Assembly (NCBI GenBank): GCA_036676235.1
Contig: JAKFDI010000011.1
Location: forward strand, 171,849-235,848
Source of the DNA: Rhizobacter sp.
GTDB taxonomy: Bacteria; Pseudomonadota; Gammaproteobacteria; Burkholderiales; Burkholderiaceae_C
Direction of reading: 5' to 3'
DNA: 64,000 bases
Shown in pieces: positions 1 through 13,264 of the stretch; within the stretch, counting starts at the first letter, position 1, and each line of letters starts with the position of its first letter. The notes under the pieces were generated by a model that saw only the letters and a program-made list of their open reading frames with translations, searched no databases and was not told the DNA's origin. The position numbers were made by a program, and so were the translations under genes.

Positions 1-306
1 AGTAGCCGCTCTTCCGCGACGCCAAGCAGTTTCGCGTGCTAGAGTGTTTGCTCTAAGGTACGACTTGAGACGCAGTGAGTCGATGCGAGCCTTCCCCGCC
101 AAATTTGGAAACGGTCGGGAAACGTGGGAGGGGGCTTCGGCGGAGAGCGTTATGCGACAAGGACTTGGACGCGATTTCCATGTACTGATCGACAACATGT
201 GACGGTCCGCGCGCCGCTCGGGCGGCACGCCACGGCCCCTGGATCTTCGAGAGAAGAACCTGGGGCCGTTCTGTTTCTGCCGTGGGACTGCAGCACGTGC
301 GCGCGC

Positions 307-333
307 AAAAAAGCCCGCGCGAGGCGGGCTTTT
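307..333 (-). terminator. Rho-independent terminator downstream of the cold-shock gene
   Basis: AGCCCGC/GCGGGCT stem. It is followed on the minus strand by a T-run (A-run 307-311 on plus), directly after the csp stop at 355. Confidence 0.7.
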
Positions 334-354
334 CGGGCAGCCGTGCGGCGCGTC

Positions 355-630
355 TCAGCTTGCGGTGGCAGAAGCTGAACGAACATCGGCTTGCGGCGCC
401 ACCTCAGTGCTGCTCGAGCCCGGAGTGTCTGCCGACGCGATGTTGTGCGCCAGTTGCCCCTTCGGCCCCTGCACGAGGTCATACGTGACCGTGCTGCCCT
501 GCTTGAGGGTGCGAAAGCCCTCCATCTGTATGGCGGTGAAATGTGCGAACACGTCTTCGCCGCCGCTTTCGGGTTCGATGAAGCCGAATCCCTTCGCGTC
601 ATTGAACCATTTGACAGTCCCTCTAGCCAT
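355..630 (-). CDS. Cold-shock protein (CspA family) with about 20-aa C-terminal tail
   Basis: N-terminus [21 protein letters not shown]...DVFAHF contains the RNP1/RNP2 motifs of the CSD fold. Confidence 0.92.
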   Translation of the reverse strand: MARGTVKWFNDAKGFGFIEPESGGEDVFAHFTAIQMEGFRTLKQGSTVTYDLVQGPKGQLAHNIASADTPGSSSTEVAPQADVRSASATAS

Positions 631-861
631 TCTCCACTCCGCTGTCTAGTTGTGGCGCGCATTCTGGGCAGGCCCTCGGCAGGGTGTCAAGGCGGTGACA
701 GCCCGTATCCGAGCGGGGTGCGAACCCTAGTCGTGCAGTCCTTTGTGAAGCGCGGCGCTCGAATCCATGCCCGGCGTGAAGGATTTCGGCCTTGTTCTTG
801 GCCTGCCCGACGCAATATCCAACACTGCGACTGCAACCAACCAACTCGATAGAATCGATTC

Positions 862-1218
862 ATGCCAGTGGAGCCGCCATCTCCGCCAAATTCCCTGCCC
901 GGGGATGCCAAGCCTGACGACGGTCAGGGCGCCGTCGTCGTCGAGCGGCAGCCGGCCAAGACCGAGCCGCCGCCGATGTACCAGGTGGTTCTGCTCAACG
1001 ACGACTACACGCCCATGGAGTTCGTCGTGATGGTGTTGCAGGAGTATTTCAAACGCGACCTCGAAACCGCGACCCAGATCATGTTGAAGATTCACCATGA
1101 AGGGCGAGGTGTGTGCGGCGTCTATTCGAAAGATGTCGCCGCCACCAAGGTTGAGCTGGTGCTGGCTGCCGCGCGTCGCGGTGGTCACCCGTTGCAATGC
1201 ATTATGGAGGCCGCATGA
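862..1218 (+). CDS. clpS: ATP-dependent Clp protease adaptor ClpS
   Basis: Core [25 protein letters not shown]...HHEGRGVCG is typical ClpS. ATGA stop/start overlap with clpA. Confidence 0.95.
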   Translation: MPVEPPSPPNSLPGDAKPDDGQGAVVVERQPAKTEPPPMYQVVLLNDDYTPMEFVVMVLQEYFKRDLETATQIMLKIHHEGRGVCGVYSKDVAATKVELVLAAARRGGHPLQCIMEAA

Positions 1219-3521
1219 TTGCCCAGGAGCTAGAAGTCAGCCTGCACATGGCGTTCGTCGAGGCGCGCCAGCAGCGGCACGAATTCATCACCGTCGAGCA
1301 TCTGCTGATGGCGCTGCTCGACAACCCGTCGGCCGCGGAGGTGCTGCGCGCGTGTTCCGCCAACATCGACGATCTGCGCAAGAGCCTTGCGCAGTTCATC
1401 AAGGAAAACACGCCCACCGTCGGCGGTGCCGACGAGGTGGACACGCAGCCCACGCTGGGTTTCCAGCGCGTGATCCAGCGCGCGATCATGCACGTGCAAT
1501 CGACGGGCAGCGGCAAGAAGGAAGTGACGGGCGCGAACGTGCTCGTGGCCATCTTCGGCGAGAAGGATTCTCACGCCGTGTACTACCTGCACCAGCAGGG
1601 CGTGACGCGCCTGGATGTGGTGAACTTCATTGCCCACGGCATCAAGAAGTCCGACCCGCCCGAGCCGGCGAAGTCGAACGAGAGCAGCCCGGGCGGCCCC
1701 GAGGGCGAGAAGGATGAGGGCGAAGGCAAGGGCTCGCCGCTCGACCAGTTCACGCAGAACCTCAACCAGCTCGCCCGCGACGGCAAGATCGACCCGTTGA
1801 TTGGTCGCGAGCTTGAGGTCGAGCGCGTGATCCAGATCCTGTGCCGCCGGCGCAAGAACAACCCGCTGCTGGTCGGCGAGGCGGGCGTCGGCAAGACGGC
1901 CATCGCCGAAGGCTTGGCTTGGCGCATCACGCAGGGCGATGTGCCCGAGGTGCTGGCCGATGCCACCGTGTACGCGCTCGACATGGGTGCGCTGCTGGCC
2001 GGAACGAAATACCGCGGTGATTTCGAGCAGCGTCTGAAGGGCGTGCTGAAGTACCTGAAGGACCAGCCGAACGCGGTGCTGTTCATCGACGAGATTCACA
2101 CGCTGATCGGCGCTGGCGCTGCATCGGGCGGCACGCTGGATGCGAGCAACCTGCTCAAGCCCGCCCTGAGTTCCGGCCAGATGAAGTGCATCGGCGCGAC
2201 CACCTTCAGCGAATACCGCGGCATCTTCGAGAAAGACGCGGCGCTGTCGCGGCGCTTCCAGAAGATCGATGTGGTCGAGCCGTCGGTCGAGCAGACGATC
2301 GAGATTCTCAAGGGCCTCAAGTCGCGCTTCGAGGAGCACCACAGCGTGAAGTACGCGCTCGGTGCGCTGCAGGCTGCGGCCGAGCTGTCGGCGAAGTTCA
2401 TCAACGACCGGCATCTGCCCGACAAGGCGATCGACGTGATCGACGAAGCCGGCGCCGCGCAGCGCATCCTGCCCAAGAGCAAGCAGAAGAAGACCATCAC
2501 ACGCAACGAGGTCGAGGACATCGTCGCGAAGATCGCGCGCATTCCGCCGCAAAGCGTGTCGAGCGACGACCGTTCCAAGCTCAAGAGCCTGGACCGCGAC
2601 CTGAACAGTGTGGTGTTCGGCCAGGAGCCGGCAATCGAGGCGCTGGCCTCGGCCATCAAGATGGCGCGCTCCGGCCTCGGCAAGCCCGACAAGCCGATCG
2701 GCTCGTTCCTGTTCAGCGGCCCCACCGGCGTGGGCAAGACGGAAGTGGCCAAGCAACTCGCCTACATCCTCGGCATCGAGTTGATCCGCTTCGACATGTC
2801 GGAGTACATGGAGCGCCACGCGGTCAGCCGCCTGATCGGCGCGCCGCCGGGGTATGTCGGTTTCGACCAGGGCGGCCTGTTGACCGAGGCCATCACCAAG
2901 AAGCCGCATGCCGTGCTGCTGCTCGACGAGATCGAGAAGGCGCACCCCGATGTCTTCAACGTGCTGCTGCAGGTCATGGACCACGGCTCGCTGACCGACA
3001 ACAACGGGCGCAAGGCCGACTTCCGCAACGTGATCATCGTGATGACCACGAATGCGGGCGCGGAGACGATGAACAAGTCGACGATCGGCTTCACCAACTC
3101 GCGCGAGCAGGGCGACGAGATGGCCGACATCAAGCGGCTGTTCACGCCGGAGTTCCGCAACCGGCTCGACGCGATCGTCAGCTTCCGTGCGCTGGACAAG
3201 GAGATCATCCTGCGCGTCGTCGACAAGTTCCTGCTGCAGCTCGAGAGCCAGCTCGCCGAGAAGAAGGTCGATGTCACCTTCACCGATGGCCTGCGCCAGC
3301 ACCTGGCGAGGGAAGGCTTCGACCCGCTCATGGGCGCGCGGCCGATGCAGCGCCTCATCCAGGACACCATCCGCCGCGCCTTGGCCGACGAACTGCTGTT
3401 CGGCCGCCTGGTCGACGGCGGGCGCCTGACGGTCGATGTCGATGCAGACGGGAAGGTGCTGCTCGACATCCAGCCGACGAAGAAGAGTGATCGGCCGAAG
3501 GCGGAACCGGCAACGGCTTGA
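1215..3521 (+). CDS. clpA: ATP-dependent Clp protease ATP-binding subunit ClpA
   Basis: Two AAA+ modules ([15 protein letters not shown]; [15 protein letters not shown]) and a Clp_N domain. Start chosen at MIAQELE, which overlaps the clpS stop. Confidence 0.95.
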   Translation: MIAQELEVSLHMAFVEARQQRHEFITVEHLLMALLDNPSAAEVLRACSANIDDLRKSLAQFIKENTPTVGGADEVDTQPTLGFQRVIQRAIMHVQSTGSGKKEVTGANVLVAIFGEKDSHAVYYLHQQGVTRLDVVNFIAHGIKKSDPPEPAKSNESSPGGPEGEKDEGEGKGSPLDQFTQNLNQLARDGKIDPLIGRELEVERVIQILCRRRKNNPLLVGEAGVGKTAIAEGLAWRITQGDVPEVLADATVYALDMGALLAGTKYRGDFEQRLKGVLKYLKDQPNAVLFIDEIHTLIGAGAASGGTLDASNLLKPALSSGQMKCIGATTFSEYRGIFEKDAALSRRFQKIDVVEPSVEQTIEILKGLKSRFEEHHSVKYALGALQAAAELSAKFINDRHLPDKAIDVIDEAGAAQRILPKSKQKKTITRNEVEDIVAKIARIPPQSVSSDDRSKLKSLDRDLNSVVFGQEPAIEALASAIKMARSGLGKPDKPIGSFLFSGPTGVGKTEVAKQLAYILGIELIRFDMSEYMERHAVSRLIGAPPGYVGFDQGGLLTEAITKKPHAVLLLDEIEKAHPDVFNVLLQVMDHGSLTDNNGRKADFRNVIIVMTTNAGAETMNKSTIGFTNSREQGDEMADIKRLFTPEFRNRLDAIVSFRALDKEIILRVVDKFLLQLESQLAEKKVDVTFTDGLRQHLAREGFDPLMGARPMQRLIQDTIRRALADELLFGRLVDGGRLTVDVDADGKVLLDIQPTKKSDRPKAEPATA

Positions 3522-3547
3522 GGTTCTGCATGGCGTTCGCGCCAACG

Positions 3548-3573
3548 ACAAAGGGGCCTGCGGGCCCCTTTGT
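3548..3573. terminator. Bidirectional hairpin between convergent clpA and the M90 peptidase gene
   Basis: ACAAAGGGGCC-TGCG-GGCCCCTTTGT, a perfect 11-bp stem. Confidence 0.65.
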
Positions 3574-3600
3574 TCATGGCGTGATGCGCGGCCGCGCGGC

Positions 3601-4392
3601 TCAGGTCTTGGCCGGCGTCTCAGCAAGCTTCGGTCGGTAGTACCCGCGCAGCAGCTTGTACAGGCGTGGGTGCTCTTCCATGAGGTGGCTGGGCGCGACG
3701 AAGAACACTTCCGAAGCCACGGCAAAGAACTCCTCGATCGACTCGGCGGCGTAGGGGTCGATGCGTGTTTCCTCGCCGCGTTCGAGCCGCTCGCACAGGC
3801 GCTCATACTCGGCGGTCAGCACCGTGAGCCAGGCCTTGCGCGCCGCGCGGGATTCGAGCAGCGGCACGCCGTCGGCCATGCCGTCGCGCATGTCCAGCAC
3901 GTGCGCGAACTCGTGGATCACGACGTTGTAGCCATGGTCCGCCGAGTCGCCCGCGGCTTCCACGTCGCGCCAGCTGAGCATCACCGGGCCGTTCTCCATC
4001 GCTTCCCCGGTCAGTGTCTCGTCGTAGTGGTGCACGACGCCGTCCTCGTCGATCACCTCGCGCCGAGCCACCACCTCGTCGTCGTGCATCACGATGCCGA
4101 CAAAACCGTCGTAGCAATTCAGCCCGAGCCGAAGGATCGGCAGGCACGCCTGCGCCGCGACGGCAACGGCAATCTCGTCGGTCACCTCGAAACCCTGCGC
4201 GCCGGTGAACTCTTTCTGTGCCAGGAAGAGCGTCGCCATCTCGCGCAGCCTCTGGCGATCGGCGGCGCTGCGCCGCTGCAGGAACGGAAAGCGGGCCAGC
4301 GTGAGCTGCCACAGCAGTTCGGGGATGGGTCGGCGCCTCAGCGTGCGCTCGTCGCGAAGGCGCCGCCAGCCGGCGAGCCAGCGGCTCAGCAT
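3601..4392 (-). CDS. MtfA-like zinc-dependent peptidase (M90 family)
   Basis: HEFAHVLD (HExxH) motif, with overall similarity to the Mlc-titration-factor/DUF980 family. Start at MLSRWLAGW overlaps the lpxH stop. Confidence 0.75.
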   Translation of the reverse strand: MLSRWLAGWRRLRDERTLRRRPIPELLWQLTLARFPFLQRRSAADRQRLREMATLFLAQKEFTGAQGFEVTDEIAVAVAAQACLPILRLGLNCYDGFVGIVMHDDEVVARREVIDEDGVVHHYDETLTGEAMENGPVMLSWRDVEAAGDSADHGYNVVIHEFAHVLDMRDGMADGVPLLESRAARKAWLTVLTAEYERLCERLERGEETRIDPYAAESIEEFFAVASEVFFVAPSHLMEEHPRLYKLLRGYYRPKLAETPAKT

Positions 4393-5183
4393 GCGTCCGG
4401 CGGCTTGCGCGAGAAGCCGCTCGCATCGATGCGCAGGATTTCCGCGCGCGTGGCGGAGTCGGTGGTGTCGACGTCCCAATCGCTCAGCACATGCCGCACC
4501 AAGCCCGGGGCGAGATTCGCGGTTTGCGGCGCGTGCGTGTGGCCGTGGATCAGATCCGGCGTCGCGGCTTCACGCATCCACGCCATCGTGGCGTCGGCAT
4601 CGAGATCGACCCAGTCGCTGTGCGCCTGACCGAGCTTGAGACGCCGACTCTCTTCTCGGATCTCGCCTGCGATCCGGCGCCGGTCAGCGAGCGGACGCGC
4701 GAGAAAGGCCTGTTGCCACGCGGCGCTGCGCACCATCGTGCGGAATGACTGATAGCTTGTGTCGCCGAGGCACAGCGCGTCGCCGTGGGTGAGCAGCACC
4801 CGCCGGCCGAAGGCGACGAGCACCGTCGGATCGGCGAGCGGCACCAACCCGCAGTCGGCGAGGAATTCATCGCCGACGAGAAAGTCGCGATTGCCGACCA
4901 TGAAGCCGACCGTGCGCTGTGCGGCCGTCTCGGCCAGGAGCGCGGTCAGGCGGGACTCGAAGCCTTCGTGCCGCGCGTCGTCGCCGACCCAAACCTCGAA
5001 CAGGTCGCCGAGCAGGAACACGGCGTCGGCCTGCGTGCAGCGCAGGTAGGCGGCAAAGGCGTCGAAGGTGCGGGGCGTGTCTTCCCCGAGATGCAGGTCG
5101 CTCGCGAACTCGATCGAACGCCAGGTGTCCGGCGCCACGAACTGCTTCGTCTGCGCCGGCAGTGGAAGGCCCGGCGATGTCAT
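4386..5183 (-). CDS. lpxH: UDP-2,3-diacylglucosamine diphosphatase LpxH
   Basis: Calcineurin-like metallophosphoesterase motifs (SDLHLGED, GDLFEVWVGDD, GNRDFL). Conserved ppiB-lpxH neighbourhood. Confidence 0.9.
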   Translation of the reverse strand: MTSPGLPLPAQTKQFVAPDTWRSIEFASDLHLGEDTPRTFDAFAAYLRCTQADAVFLLGDLFEVWVGDDARHEGFESRLTALLAETAAQRTVGFMVGNRDFLVGDEFLADCGLVPLADPTVLVAFGRRVLLTHGDALCLGDTSYQSFRTMVRSAAWQQAFLARPLADRRRIAGEIREESRRLKLGQAHSDWVDLDADATMAWMREAATPDLIHGHTHAPQTANLAPGLVRHVLSDWDVDTTDSATRAEILRIDASGFSRKPPDAC

Positions 5184-5199
5184 GCGGGCCTGCCTGCGA

Positions 5200-5700
5200 T
5201 CAGACGAGGGCGGCCTTCGTGATCACCACGTCTTCGAGCGGCACGTCGTCGTGGCCGCCCTTGCGGCCGGTCTTGACCTGCTCGATCGCATCGACGACTT
5301 CGGTGCCCGAGACCACTTTGCCGAACACGGCGTAGCCCCAGCCGCTGCCGCTTTCGGCCTTGAAGTTCAGGAACTCGTTGTTCGTCGCGTTGATGAAGAA
5401 CTGCGCTGTGGCCGAGTGCGGGTCGGAGGTACGCGCCATCGCGAGCGTGTAGTGGTCGTTCTTCGCGCCGTTGTTCGCCTCGTTGCGAATGGCTTGCCCG
5501 ACCGGCTTCTGCTTCATGCCGGCCTCGAACCCGCCGCCCTGGATCATGAAGCCCTTGATGACGCGGTGAAACACCGTGCCGTCGTAGTGGCCCTTGGTGA
5601 CGTAGTCAATGAAGTTGCGCGACGACTCCGGCGCACGCGCTTCATCGAGTTCAATGCGGATGGTGCCTTGGTTGGTAATCAGGTCGACTTGCTGGCTCAT
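5200..5700 (-). CDS. ppiB: Cytoplasmic cyclophilin-type peptidyl-prolyl isomerase B
   Basis: [15 protein letters not shown] and FFIN motifs; no signal peptide. Confidence 0.93.
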   Translation of the reverse strand: MSQQVDLITNQGTIRIELDEARAPESSRNFIDYVTKGHYDGTVFHRVIKGFMIQGGGFEAGMKQKPVGQAIRNEANNGAKNDHYTLAMARTSDPHSATAQFFINATNNEFLNFKAESGSGWGYAVFGKVVSGTEVVDAIEQVKTGRKGGHDDVPLEDVVITKAALV

Positions 5701-6257
5701 TTCGATTTCTCCACAGTGGCTTTCTCGATGACGATGGGCTGAAGCGGTGCGTCACGGCCGTTGGTGGGCACGACACGGATCTTGTCGACCACGTCCATGC
5801 CAGACACGACCTTGCCGAACACCGCATAACCGTGGCCGTCGGGGCGGGGCGCATCGAGCTTGCCGCTGTTGTCGACCACGTTGATGAAGAACTGTGATGT
5901 CGCCGAATCCGGTACCGACGTACGCGCCATCGCAATCGTGCCGCGCTGATTCGACAAACCGTTGCGCGCCTCCAGCGGAATCGGCGCGCGGGTGGGCTTG
6001 GGCTTGCCGTCGGCCGTCATGCCACCGCCCTGGATCATGAAGCCGTCGATCACGCGATGGAACACGGTGCCGTTGTAGTGGCCCGCGTTGACGTACTGGA
6101 CGAAGTTCTCGACCGTCGCGGGCGCCTTGGCGGCGTCGAGCTGCACGACGATGTCGCCGACGCTGGTGTCCAGCTTCACCGTCTGGGCCGTGGCAAGCGG
6201 CGCGGCGGCAACAGTGGCGGCAAACAGCAGGGTGGAGCGCCAGAAAATCGTGCTCAT
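5697..6257 (-). CDS. ppiA: Periplasmic cyclophilin-type peptidyl-prolyl isomerase A
   Basis: Signal peptide [24 protein letters not shown] followed by a cyclophilin core ([14 protein letters not shown]). Only the 3' 561 nt of the 583-aa ORF is credible. Alternative start at 6269. Confidence 0.9.
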   Translation of the reverse strand: MSTIFWRSTLLFAATVAAAPLATAQTVKLDTSVGDIVVQLDAAKAPATVENFVQYVNAGHYNGTVFHRVIDGFMIQGGGMTADGKPKPTRAPIPLEARNGLSNQRGTIAMARTSVPDSATSQFFINVVDNSGKLDAPRPDGHGYAVFGKVVSGMDVVDKIRVVPTNGRDAPLQPIVIEKATVEKSK

Positions 6258-6545
6258 CGTTCGAGTCATCGTGAAGTTGGGAATTGCGGCGCGGGGGTCG
6301 CACCATGGGGAAGACTGAGCCGGTAGATGCAGTGATTCGGGGCGCTGCCGGAGGGCGTGTTGCAAGCCTTGCCGGGCACTCGCGCCAGTCTGCGCGGCTA
6401 TACTGAATCGATTGTAGAACAGCAGTTTCCGCGCTCGCCGCACGGGCCTCTGCGACACGCGCCGCGTGCTGCGCCCCTCGCTGAATCGAGGCCCACCGGT
6501 CGAGCGCCACGGTGCGGCCTCTTCGACATTTCGCCCTTCCGGCCC

Positions 6546-7925
<1,380 letters not shown>

Positions 7926-7926
7926 C

Positions 7927-8583
7927 GTGCCGAAAGCTGCCGCGGTGGAAGAAGTCACGCCCGACTACTGGGATGAGGCGTGCAAGCACCTCGCCAAGCG
8001 CGACCGGGTGATGCGCAAGCTCATCCCGCGCTTCGGCGAAGCCTGCCTGCAAAGCCGCGGCGACGCCTTCACGACGCTCGCGCGCTCCATCATCGGCCAG
8101 CAGATCTCGGTCAAGGCGGCGCAGTCGGTGTGGGCGCGTTTCGCGGCGCTCACGCCGTGCAACCCGGCGCGCATCGAGCCGGCCGCCGTGCTCGCCCTCG
8201 ACGTGCCGGCGCTGCGCGGCGCGGGTCTGTCGGCGCGCAAGGCCGAGTACCTGAGCGACCTCGCGCAGCATTTCGAGGCGGGTTCGGTGCACGTGCCGCA
8301 ATGGCAGCACATGGACGACGAGGCCATCATCGAAGAACTGGTCGCCATTCGCGGCATCGGCCGCTGGACGGCCGAGATGTTCCTGATCTTTCACCTGATG
8401 CGGCCCAACGTGCTGCCGCTCGACGACCTCGGCCTGCTCAAGGGCATCAGCGTCAACTACTTCAGCGGCGAACCGGTCTCTCGCGCCGAAGCGCGCGAAG
8501 TTGGCGACGCATGGGCACCGTTCCGCTCGGTCGCCACCTGGTACATCTGGCGTAGCCTCGATCCGCTCCCGGTAGACTATTGA
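7927..8583 (+). CDS. DNA-3-methyladenine glycosylase II family (HhH-GPD)
   Basis: HhH-GPD signature [15 protein letters not shown]...[13 protein letters not shown] start. Confidence 0.8.
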   Translation: MPKAAAVEEVTPDYWDEACKHLAKRDRVMRKLIPRFGEACLQSRGDAFTTLARSIIGQQISVKAAQSVWARFAALTPCNPARIEPAAVLALDVPALRGAGLSARKAEYLSDLAQHFEAGSVHVPQWQHMDDEAIIEELVAIRGIGRWTAEMFLIFHLMRPNVLPLDDLGLLKGISVNYFSGEPVSRAEAREVGDAWAPFRSVATWYIWRSLDPLPVDY

Positions 8584-8623
8584 CCCCCGCCGCGCGAGCC
8601 GGCGGCGCGAAGGATCACCATTC

Positions 8624-9595
<972 letters not shown>

Positions 9596-9604
9596 GCGCG
9601 CGGC

Positions 9605-10879
9605 ATGAAGGCCGCGCGCGTCGCCGTGGCCTGCAGCGGCGGGCGCGATTCGATGGCCTTGCTGCATACCACCGCCGAGACGGCCAAGGCGCTGTCGCTG
9701 GACGTCGTGGCGCTTCATGTGCATCACGGACTGAGCCGCCAAGCCGATGCCTGGCAGCGCCTCGTCGAGCAGCAGTGCGAGCACTTTGGCATCGCGTGCA
9801 TCGCCCGGCGCATTCGCACCCGTCCGGCCCGCGGCGACAGCATCGAAGCCTGGGCGCGGCGCGAGCGCTACCGCGCGCTGGCCGGCATGGCGAAAGAGCA
9901 GGGCGCGGGCATCGTGCTGCTCGCACATCACCGCCGGGATCAGGCCGAGACCTTTGTGCTCCAGGCGCTGCGTGGTGCCGGCGTCGCCGGGCTCGCCGGC
10001 ATGCCCCGCATCGTGGCGCGCGACGGCGTGACCTGGGCGAGACCCTGGCTCGAGCTTCCGCGGGAATCCATCGAGACCTATGTGCGCGAGCACCGCATCG
10101 CACACATCGATGACGACAGCAACTCGGATCCACGCTTCGCCCGCAACCGCCTGCGCGTCGCGGTGTGGCCGGCGCTGACGGCCGCGTTCCCGCAGGCGGA
10201 GGCATCGATCGCCGACGCGGCCGCCTGGGCGCAGCAGGCCGACGAGTGCCTGCGCGAACTGGCCGCGCTGGACCTGGCGACCGTGTCGTCGCCGGCCGGT
10301 CTGAAGGTGGCCGCATGGCAGGAACTGTCGACGGGGCGGCGCAGCAACGCACTGCGCGCCTGGCTGCGGCAGGTGAGCGGCGAACCGCCCACGGCCTCGC
10401 TCACGCAGCGGCTCATGGACGAACTGTCCGCGTCGGGTTCGGCCGAGTGGTCGTGCGGCGATCGCACGTTGCGCCGCTACCGCGGCGTGCTGCGTTGCGA
10501 GACACCCGCCATCCAGCCGCCGGCGACGGTGCTACCCGAATCGACGCTGAGCATTCGCCGCGCCGGAACCTATCGCCTGCCGGGATGGGCCGGCGCGCTG
10601 GTCGCCGCGCGCGTGCGCGAAGGCGGCGTTCCGGCAGCCTGGCTGGCCCGGATCGAACTCTGCCCGCGCAGCGGCGGCGAGCAGTTCCAGGCCGGCATCG
10701 GCCGTCCGCCGCGCAGCCTCAAGAAGCAATACCAGGCCGCCGCCGTTGCGCCGGGCGAGCGCGAGGGTCCGCTCGTCTACAGCGGCGGGCAACTGGTCTT
10801 CGTGCCCGGTCTCGGCATCGACGCGCGTGTCATCGCCATGCCCGGGCAGCCACAGTTCACGCTGCGCTGGGTTCGCTGA
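9605..10879 (+). CDS. tilS: tRNA(Ile)-lysidine synthase
   Basis: PP-loop [10 protein letters not shown]. Conserved accA-tilS order. Confidence 0.88.
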   Translation: MKAARVAVACSGGRDSMALLHTTAETAKALSLDVVALHVHHGLSRQADAWQRLVEQQCEHFGIACIARRIRTRPARGDSIEAWARRERYRALAGMAKEQGAGIVLLAHHRRDQAETFVLQALRGAGVAGLAGMPRIVARDGVTWARPWLELPRESIETYVREHRIAHIDDDSNSDPRFARNRLRVAVWPALTAAFPQAEASIADAAAWAQQADECLRELAALDLATVSSPAGLKVAAWQELSTGRRSNALRAWLRQVSGEPPTASLTQRLMDELSASGSAEWSCGDRTLRRYRGVLRCETPAIQPPATVLPESTLSIRRAGTYRLPGWAGALVAARVREGGVPAAWLARIELCPRSGGEQFQAGIGRPPRSLKKQYQAAAVAPGEREGPLVYSGGQLVFVPGLGIDARVIAMPGQPQFTLRWVR

Positions 10880-10978
10880 AGCGCTCGTGCCGCAGCGCCG
10901 GTGAGGCGCCGTTTAGAATTCGCGGTTCCGCCGGCGCCGGAACTCCATTGCGCCGCATTGCTTCGCTTTCATCCATTC

Positions 10979-12247
10979 ATGGCACTCTTCGTCCACAAGT
11001 ACGGCGGCACCTCGATGGGGTCGACCGAGCGCATCCGCAACGTTGCCAAGCGAGTCGCCAAATGGGCGCGCGCCGGCCACCAGATGGTGGTCGTGCCGTC
11101 CGCGATGAGCGGCGAGACCAACCGCCTGCTCGGCCTCGCCAAGGAGCTTTCGCCCGAGCGCAGCACGCCGCAGTTGCAGCGTGAGCTCGACATGATTGCT
11201 TCCACCGGCGAGCAGGTGTCGGTGGGCTTGCTGGCCATCGCGCTGCAGGCCGAAGGCCTCGAAGCCGTGAGCTACGCCGGCTGGCAGGTGCCGATCAAGA
11301 CCGACAGCGCCTACACCAAGGCGCGCATCGACAGCATCGACGACAAGCGCGTGCGCGCCGATCTCGATGCAGGCCGGGTGGTCATCATCACCGGCTTCCA
11401 GGGCGTGGACCCGCAGGGCAACATCACGACGCTCGGTCGCGGCGGCTCCGACACTTCGGCCGTGGCAGTTGCCGCAGCGCTGAAGGCGGACGAATGCCTG
11501 ACCTTCACCGACGTGGACGGCGTCTACACCACCGATCCGCGCATCGTGCCGCAGGCACGGCGCATGACGACCATCAGCTTCGAGGAAATGCTCGAGATGG
11601 CGAGCCTCGGCTCCAAGGTGCTGCAGATCCGCTCGGTCGAGTTCGCCGGCAAGTACCGCGTGCCGCTGCGCGTGCTGTCGAGCTTCACGCCGTGGGACAT
11701 CCCCATCGAGGAAGAAGCGAAGTCGGGCACCCTGATCACTTTTGAGGAAGACGAGAACATGGAACAAGCTGTCGTGTCCGGCATCGCATTCAGCCGCGAC
11801 GAAGCCAAGATCAGCCTGATCGGCGTGCCCGACAAGCCGGGCGTGGCGTTCCAGATCCTGGGCCCCGTGGCCGAGGCCAACATCGATGTCGATGTGATCA
11901 TCCAGAACGTCTCGCACGAGGGCAAGACCGACTTCTCGTTCACCGTGCACCGCAACGACTATGCGCGCACGGTGGATCTGCTGAAGAACAAGGTCTTGCC
12001 GCAGACCGGCACCGCCCAGCTGATAGGCGACACCAACATCTGCAAGGTCAGCATCGTCGGCATCGGCATGCGCTCGCACGTGGGCGTGGCGAGCAGCATG
12101 TTCCGCGCGTTGAGCGACGAGGGCATCAACATCCAGATGATTTCCACGAGCGAGATCAAGACCAGCGTGGTGATCGACGAGAAGTACATGGAACTCGCCG
12201 TGCGCACGCTGCACAAGGTCTTCGATCTCGACCAGCCCGGCGCCTGA
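10979..12247 (+). CDS. lysC: Aspartate kinase
   Basis: MALFVHKYGGTSMGS start, kinase core and two C-terminal ACT-type regions. Confidence 0.93.
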   Translation: MALFVHKYGGTSMGSTERIRNVAKRVAKWARAGHQMVVVPSAMSGETNRLLGLAKELSPERSTPQLQRELDMIASTGEQVSVGLLAIALQAEGLEAVSYAGWQVPIKTDSAYTKARIDSIDDKRVRADLDAGRVVIITGFQGVDPQGNITTLGRGGSDTSAVAVAAALKADECLTFTDVDGVYTTDPRIVPQARRMTTISFEEMLEMASLGSKVLQIRSVEFAGKYRVPLRVLSSFTPWDIPIEEEAKSGTLITFEEDENMEQAVVSGIAFSRDEAKISLIGVPDKPGVAFQILGPVAEANIDVDVIIQNVSHEGKTDFSFTVHRNDYARTVDLLKNKVLPQTGTAQLIGDTNICKVSIVGIGMRSHVGVASSMFRALSDEGINIQMISTSEIKTSVVIDEKYMELAVRTLHKVFDLDQPGA

Positions 12248-12286
12248 AACGCGCAGGCATCGGGTTAGAATCCTGCCCTGTTTTCC

Positions 12287-12379
12287 GGAGCTGTGACCGA
12301 GTGGCCGAAGGTGCTCCCCTGCTAAGGGAGTATGTGGGCAAAACCTGCATCGAGGGTTCGAATCCCTCCGGCTCCGCCA
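12287..12379 (+). tRNA. tRNA-Ser (anticodon GCU) with encoded CCA
   Basis: Hand-folded cloverleaf: acceptor GGAGCTG/CGGCTCC, anticodon stem CTCCC/GGGAG with loop CTGCTAA, long variable arm, T-arm GAGGG-TTCGAAT-CCCTC, discriminator G plus CCA. Confidence 0.9.
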
Positions 12380-12386
12380 AGAACAA

Positions 12387-12411
12387 AGCCACCCCTCGAG
12401 GTGGCTTTTTT
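12387..12411 (+). terminator. Rho-independent terminator after tRNA-Ser
   Basis: AGCCACC-CCTCGA-GGTGGCT followed by TTTTT. Confidence 0.8.
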
Positions 12412-12475
12412 CTGCCTGCGGTTCGGGCTCGACAGGGGACGATTTCACACTCGGCGATACTCGCAGGCTGTGTCC

Positions 12476-12868
12476 ATGAGTCCGCCGCATCCCATTGCCG
12501 ACGATCTCCGGCGCTTCGTGCTGACCAGCATTCCCTCGGTGTCGTATCTCGAGGCGATGCTGCTGTTCAGCCGGGCGCCGCACACCGCATTCGACGCCGG
12601 CGATGTGGCGCGCCTGCTGTATCTGCCCGAGCGCAGCACCACACCGCTGCTGAACGACTTGGGCGAGGCCGGCGTGCTGCAGGCCGGCGCCACTGAACCC
12701 GAGACCTATCGTTTCGCGCCGCGCGACGACGCGCTTGCGGCGATGATCGAGCGCCTCGCGCGCGCCTACGAGGCCGATCTCATCGGCGTCACGAAACTGA
12801 TTCACGACCGCACGCAAAAGAGCGCGCAACGGTTCTCCGAAGCATTCAAGTGGCGAAAGGACTCCTGA
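12476..12868 (+). CDS. Hypothetical soluble protein, possibly winged-helix-like
   Basis: 130-aa ORF starting MSPPHPIADDLRRF, after the tRNA terminator. Its stop overlaps the next start (TGATG). No family recognised with confidence. Confidence 0.6.
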   Translation: MSPPHPIADDLRRFVLTSIPSVSYLEAMLLFSRAPHTAFDAGDVARLLYLPERSTTPLLNDLGEAGVLQAGATEPETYRFAPRDDALAAMIERLARAYEADLIGVTKLIHDRTQKSAQRFSEAFKWRKDS

Positions 12869-13128
12869 TGGGCCAGCTCATCTACGCGGGTTGTGCGCTG
12901 ACCGCTTTCATGTGTGCCTGGATGCTGCTGCGCAGCTACTTCCGAACACGCTATCGCTTGCTGCTGTGGGGCGGGCTGTGCTTCACCGGGCTGTCGCTGA
13001 ACAATGTGCTGCTGGTGCTCGACCGCATCGTCTTTGCGAGCATCGACTTTTCGACCTGGCGCTTGCTCACGGCGCTGGTGGCGGCACTGCTGCTGCTCGT
13101 CGGGCTGGCGCTGGAGGGCGAATCATGA
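12868..13128 (+). CDS. Small 3-TM membrane protein (paralog 1)
   Basis: Three hydrophobic segments. Shares an R-Y-x-R-T-R-x-R loop and an LNNV motif with the ORF at 13265. Confidence 0.6.
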   Translation: MGQLIYAGCALTAFMCAWMLLRSYFRTRYRLLLWGGLCFTGLSLNNVLLVLDRIVFASIDFSTWRLLTALVAALLLLVGLALEGES

Positions 13129-13264
13129 GCGCCCCCGCCCGGCCGCCCGAAGGGGGCGCTCGCGTCCCTCTCGGAGGGGCCGGCGAAGCGGAGGGTGCAC
13201 CAGTGAGCGCGCCGGGCCGCTCCCAAGCGCTCAACCCGCAGCGCGCAGCGCGGAGGGTCGCCCA

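Noticed and set aside
355-420. The C-terminal about 20-aa extension of the cold-shock protein as a sign of a missed stop or frameshift.
   Set aside because: The frame is continuous from the CSD core to the stop at 355, and the terminator follows immediately. A short Ser/Ala/Thr-rich tail is plausible and unremarkable.
846-864. TAGAAT -10-like hexamer only 6 nt before the clpS ATG, inside the TCGAT-AGA-ATCGA inverted repeat, suggesting a leaderless clpS mRNA.
   Set aside because: The -35 match is poor, and a single hexamer in an intergenic region is weak evidence. I cannot support this without 5'-end mapping.
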